Positions 16,729 through 19,932 of a stretch of 19,932 nucleotides of DNA are shown piece after piece. Under the pieces are notes generated by a model. It was not told the origin of the DNA. It was given only the letters and a program-made list of their open reading frames with translations, and ran no database searches. The DNA is taken from contig JAGLRQ010000072.1 of NCBI GenBank assembly GCA_023136205.1, positions 1 to 19,932 of the forward strand, written 5' to 3'. The DNA comes from Candidatus Auribacterota bacterium. GTDB lineage: Bacteria > Auribacterota > UBA6266. How positions within the stretch are numbered: position 1 is the stretch's first letter; the number at the start of each line of letters is the position of its first letter. The translations under genes were made by a program, and so were the position numbers.

Positions 16729-17181
16729 ATGACAACCATCATTACAAACAGAAAAGCCCGCAGGGATTACCAAATTATTGAAACCTTTGAAGCCGGTATT
16801 GAGCTAAAAGGCACAGAGGTAAAATCCTTAAGAAGAAAAAGGGGAAACCTTGCCGACGCGTTTGCCAGAATAGATAATGGAGAAGTTCTCCTATGTAACC
16901 TTCATATAAGCCCTTATGAATTCGGGAACATAAGTAATCACGATCCTCTAAGAACAAGAAAGCTTCTTCTCCACAAATCACAGATAAAAAAGCTTTTCGG
17001 GCAAATATCGTTAAAAGGCTATTCTCTAATCCCTCTTAAGCTGTATTTCAAAAAAGGCATGGTAAAGGTCGAGCTTGCTGTTGGAAAAGGAAAAACCCAG
17101 TTTGACAAAAGAGAGACAATTAAGAAAAAAGATGCCTTGCGCCAAATGCAGCACGCGAAAAAGATAACAAGCAGAAAATAA
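16729..17181 (+). CDS. smpB: SsrA-binding protein SmpB
   Basis: The N-terminus [29 protein letters not shown] and the basic C-terminal tail are typical of SmpB. The gene lies directly upstream of ssrA. Confidence 0.95.
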   Translation: MTTIITNRKARRDYQIIETFEAGIELKGTEVKSLRRKRGNLADAFARIDNGEVLLCNLHISPYEFGNISNHDPLRTRKLLLHKSQIKKLFGQISLKGYSLIPLKLYFKKGMVKVELAVGKGKTQFDKRETIKKKDALRQMQHAKKITSRK

Positions 17182-17211
17182 ATTATTCGAAACTCCCCCC
17201 CACAATCCACC

Positions 17212-17239
17212 TTGACAATTTAACAAATGATGGTATATA
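17212..17239 (+). promoter_or_regulatory. ssrA promoter TTGACA-N16-TGg-TATATA (extended -10)
   Basis: TTGACA lies at 17212-17217, TG at 17231-17232 and TATATA at 17234-17239. The site is about 40 nt upstream of the mature tmRNA 5' end. Confidence 0.65.
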
Positions 17240-17278
17240 AATAGGTGTTTCTCAGGCTTATTATGCCTATTGTTCTTT

Positions 17279-17632
17279 GGGGGTGATACGGATTCGACTG
17301 GAATGTTGAAACGGAAGCTGCATGTGGAGGTTGCAAGGAGGCCTCCTTAAAAACCTTGTACAATATAACTGCAGACGAACAGTTAGCTCTGGCTGCTTAA
17401 TTCAGCCACGTCCGAAAGATTCAGCCTGCGGGATCTTAAGGGCGACCAGCAGTAGGCTCGCTTCTTTTTAAGCCACCTTGTTAAAAAGAAGTTAAATCGC
17501 CACAGGGTTAGCGTTGAAAGTTTTTTATCTGGTTTGAGCTTTCAACGCGAGATTTTCGAACCAGAAGAAACATGTGGTATGCTGCCGCGAATATATTTTA
17601 GGACGCGGGTTCAACTCCCGCCACCTCCACCA
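17279..17632 (+). ncRNA. ssrA: tmRNA (SsrA), one-piece
   Basis: The 5' GGGGGTGATACGGATTCGAC pairs with the 3' CACCTCC-A-CCA, giving a G3:U70 pair. The T-arm is GGACGCGGGTTCAACTCCCGCC. The tag ORF is GCA GAC GAA CAG TTA GCT CTG GCT GCT TAA (17371-17400) = ...ADEQLALAA*. The exact resume codon was not determined. Confidence 0.95.
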
Positions 17633-17634
17633 TT

Positions 17635-17674
17635 CCGCCTTCGCTAGGAATTGGGTGTTTCATTCCAGAAGCTT
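17635..17674 (+). repeat. Copy B of the hairpin element, abutting the CCA end of tmRNA
   Basis: The sequence is CCGCCTTCGCTAGGAATTGGGTGTTTCATTCCAGAAGCTT. The inner stem is GGAAT/ATTCC, against GGAGT/ACTCC in copy A. Confidence 0.75.
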
Positions 17675-17684
17675 TAAGAAAATG

Positions 17685-17735
17685 GGGAAAGTCCCAAGCG
17701 AACGCAGTGAGCGGGTGGACTGTCCCTTTTTTCTT
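17685..17735 (+). terminator. Rho-independent terminator candidate downstream of ssrA
   Basis: GGGAAAGTCC (17685-17694) pairs with GGACTGTCCC (17717-17726) at 9 of 10 bp. The loop is 22 nt, followed by TTTTTTCTTT. Confidence 0.55.
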
Positions 17736-17847
17736 TGTCGTCGAGAAATTTAATAGGTGTCTGTCTCTATTTTCTGTATATTAAGGAAACTGTCAATAAA
17801 ATAGTCGCTGTCCCTATTTTTACTATTTTTACTATAAGGGATTTGAT

Positions 17848-17958
17848 ATGAAGTTTTCTGCGGAAAGTAAGGCACTGATAGATTTTGAAAAACAGATACT
17901 TGGGAATAGTAAGGTTAAGAAGGTTTTCCTGTATGTAACTTCTAATGTGGAGGCTTGA
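17848..17958 (+). CDS. Hypothetical 36-codon upstream ORF (MKFSAESKALIDFEKQILGNSKVKKVFLYVTSNVEA), stop overlapping the ABC-F start
   Basis: AAGGGA at 17836-17841 lies 6 nt before ATG 17848. The TGA at 17956-17958 overlaps TTG 17955-17957. The ORF is too short for the ORF track, and I recognise no homology. Confidence 0.3.
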   Translation: MKFSAESKALIDFEKQILGNSKVKKVFLYVTSNVEA

Positions 17959-19862
17959 ACACAATCTCATTAATAAGTTTACAAGATATTTCATTAGCCT
18001 TTGGCGGGCCGCCTTTATTTGATAAATTAAGCCTTCAGCTTGAACCTGGGCAGCGCGTAGCTTTGCTCGGAAGAAATGGCGTTGGCAAAACTACGCTGAT
18101 GAAGGTCATGGTTGGGCAAATAGCTGTAGACTCAGGAGAGATTGTTTGTCAAAAAGGTATTCAGCGAACTCTTCTTCCGCAGGAAATTCCCAATGATATT
18201 AACGGAAATGTATTTGATCTTGTCCTTTCCGGGCTTGGTGAACGCGCGCAGATTTTAAAAGAATATCATTATGTCAGTCATCTGCTTGAAACTAAACAGT
18301 CCAATGGATTATTACGCAAGCTTGATGATCTTCAGCACCAAATGGATCATACTAATGGCTGGAACATTAATAATCAGGTCGAGTATGCAATTACTCAGAT
18401 GAAACTTGATCATAATAGCAAATTTGAACATTTATCAGGAGGGCAGAAACGAAAGGTTTTGTTAGCAAAGGCTTTAGTTTGCAGTCCTGAAATTTTACTT
18501 TTAGATGAACCGACAAATCATCTGGATATTGAATCAATTACCTGGCTTGAAGAATTTTTAAAAAGCTATAAAGGTACTTTATTTTTTGTAACTCATGACA
18601 GAGCTTTTATGAATAATTTATCAACTTGTATAGTTGAACTTGATCGGGGAAGGATCTTCAGCTGGCCATGTGGGTATAAAACTTTTTTGGATCGCAAAGC
18701 ACAAGCCCTGGAAGTTGAGGCTACTCAGCGGACACAGTTTGATAAAAAACTGGCAAAGGAAGAAATCTGGATAAGAAAAGGGATAAAGGCTCGTCGGACA
18801 AGAAATGAAGGGCGAGTGCGTGCGCTTAAGATTATGAGGGAAGAAAAGCAAGCTCAACGGCAGCTTATCGGACAGGTTAAAATGAGGGCAGAAGAATCAG
18901 GGCGTTCAGGCCAACTTGTTATTAAGGCAACAAATATTTGTTATTCTTATGGTGATAAATGTCTTATTAGAAATTTTTCAACACGTATTATGAGAGGAGA
19001 TAAAATTGGCGTTATTGGCCCTAACGGTTCAGGCAAGACAACATTATTGAGAATTTTAGTTGGACAGATAGAGGCTCAAAAAGGAAATATAAAGTTAGGG
19101 ACCAAGATCAATCTCTTATATTACGATCAGCTTAGAGAAAAATTGGATAAAGAAAAGAGTGTCAGGGAAAATGTCTGCGGGCCTTCGGACCTGATTACAG
19201 TAAACGGAAAGACAAAACATGTTTTCGGCTATTTGCAGGATTTTCTTTTTCCACCTGAGCGAGCAAAGACGCCCGTTAAGGTTTTATCGGGAGGCGAACG
19301 TAATCGATTACTGCTTGCACGTCTTTTTACTAAACCATCTAACGTTCTTGTAATGGATGAACCGACAAACGATCTAGACATTGAAACTCTTGAGCTGTTA
19401 GAGGAATTGTTACTTAAATATTCCGGAACACTGTTTCTGGTAAGCCATGACAGGGCTTTTTTAAATAATATTGCCACATCTACGATAGTTCTTGAAGGTG
19501 AAGGTGAAATCAAAGAATATCCCGGGGGTTATGATGATTGGTTGATTCAGCGAAAACCAGCTAAAAGCAAAAAAAAGGTTAAAGCCACTTCGAACAAAGA
19601 AAATGTTCAGCATCATAAACCCGCGAAACCAAAAAAACTTTCGTATAAAGATAAACTTGAATTAAAAAATCTTCCGGCAAAGATTGAAAAAATGGAGGCT
19701 GAACAGAAGCAAATTGTTAATGTTATGGCCCAACCTGATTTCTATCAGAAAGATCGAAGTAAAATTAAACAGCTTAATGAAAAAGTTAATCAGATAAGAG
19801 AATCTCTCAAAGATCTTTATAACAGGTGGGAAGAATTAGAAAGAGTTAAAGAAGATATGTAG
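17955..19862 (+). CDS. uup: ABC-F family ATPase, Uup-like (two ABC domains plus C-terminal coiled coil)
   Basis: Walker A motifs are GRNGVGKTT and GPNGSGKTT. Signature motifs are LSGGQKRK and LSGGERNR. An inter-domain linker is present but no TM domain. The K/E-rich C-terminal tail resembles Uup. The frame opens at 17946, so TTG 17955 is the only nearby start. Confidence 0.9.
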   Translation: MNTISLISLQDISLAFGGPPLFDKLSLQLEPGQRVALLGRNGVGKTTLMKVMVGQIAVDSGEIVCQKGIQRTLLPQEIPNDINGNVFDLVLSGLGERAQILKEYHYVSHLLETKQSNGLLRKLDDLQHQMDHTNGWNINNQVEYAITQMKLDHNSKFEHLSGGQKRKVLLAKALVCSPEILLLDEPTNHLDIESITWLEEFLKSYKGTLFFVTHDRAFMNNLSTCIVELDRGRIFSWPCGYKTFLDRKAQALEVEATQRTQFDKKLAKEEIWIRKGIKARRTRNEGRVRALKIMREEKQAQRQLIGQVKMRAEESGRSGQLVIKATNICYSYGDKCLIRNFSTRIMRGDKIGVIGPNGSGKTTLLRILVGQIEAQKGNIKLGTKINLLYYDQLREKLDKEKSVRENVCGPSDLITVNGKTKHVFGYLQDFLFPPERAKTPVKVLSGGERNRLLLARLFTKPSNVLVMDEPTNDLDIETLELLEELLLKYSGTLFLVSHDRAFLNNIATSTIVLEGEGEIKEYPGGYDDWLIQRKPAKSKKKVKATSNKENVQHHKPAKPKKLSYKDKLELKNLPAKIEKMEAEQKQIVNVMAQPDFYQKDRSKIKQLNEKVNQIRESLKDLYNRWEELERVKEDM

Positions 19863-19932
19863 GTATCTGTTGCTATTTTTCCTTCTTTGGCCTTCCCCAG
19901 GCAAGCGGTCGAAGTCTTTTCTTAAATTTCTT

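Noticed and set aside
17767-17994. A 75-aa minus-strand ORF in the ssrA-uup spacer.
   Set aside because: It has no RBS and an AT-driven Leu/Ile/Lys composition. It overlaps the ABC-F start and the better-supported plus-strand uORF.
17633-19932. A genomic island integrated at the tmRNA 3' end.
   Set aside because: No integrase or other mobility gene is present, and there is no duplicated copy of the tmRNA 3' segment. The only gene present is a conserved housekeeping-type ABC-F. The window ends too soon to exclude an island further right.
19873-19932. A possible 3' end of a minus-strand gene, reading ...KKFKKRLRPLAWGRPKKEK* with its stop at 19873-19875. It is open to the window edge.
   Set aside because: Only 19 codons are visible and no motif is recognisable. 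The evidence is insufficient to call a CDS.
1-19932. CRISPR arrays, IS elements or inverted terminal repeats, toxin-antitoxin pairs, and known defence-system genes.
   Set aside because: No spaced direct-repeat array, no transposase/integrase-like ORF, and no small adjacent gene pair outside the operons described was found on reading both strands.

Overview
AT-rich bacterial chromosomal window, almost fully coding and mostly housekeeping. No integrase, transposase, CRISPR array or recognisable defence gene is visible. The plus strand 194-8467 carries one tightly coupled operon: thymidine phosphorylase, a ComEA with three DNA-binding modules, a membrane-anchored ComEC-type MBL domain with no channel, cytidine deaminase, phosphopentomutase, trimeric-type purine nucleoside phosphorylase, DUF3006, and a large AsmA-like protein. 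The minus strand 15512-8464 carries murI, a QueD/PTPS-family gene, a nitroreductase, a secreted coiled-coil retropepsin-like protease, leuS, tRNA-Arg(CCG), rph and rdgB. The plus strand 15573-19862 carries tRNA-Leu(CAG), a divergent thymidylate-synthase-family gene, smpB, tmRNA (ssrA) and a Uup-like ABC-F ATPase. tRNA-Val(UAC) sits at the left edge. Best candidates for follow-up: (1) the DNA-receptor/nuclease plus deoxynucleoside-catabolism operon, which looks like an extracellular-DNA scavenging module rather than a transformation apparatus. (2) A 40-nt hairpin element found directly after the CCA end of both tRNA-Leu and tmRNA, 36/40 identical with one compensatory base-pair change. (3) Consensus promoters placed so that the deoA and murI mRNAs would start at the A of the ATG (leaderless). 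(4) A 36-codon upstream ORF whose stop overlaps the only possible (TTG) start of the ABC-F gene. All functional calls rest on motifs read by eye from the translations; no database search was run.
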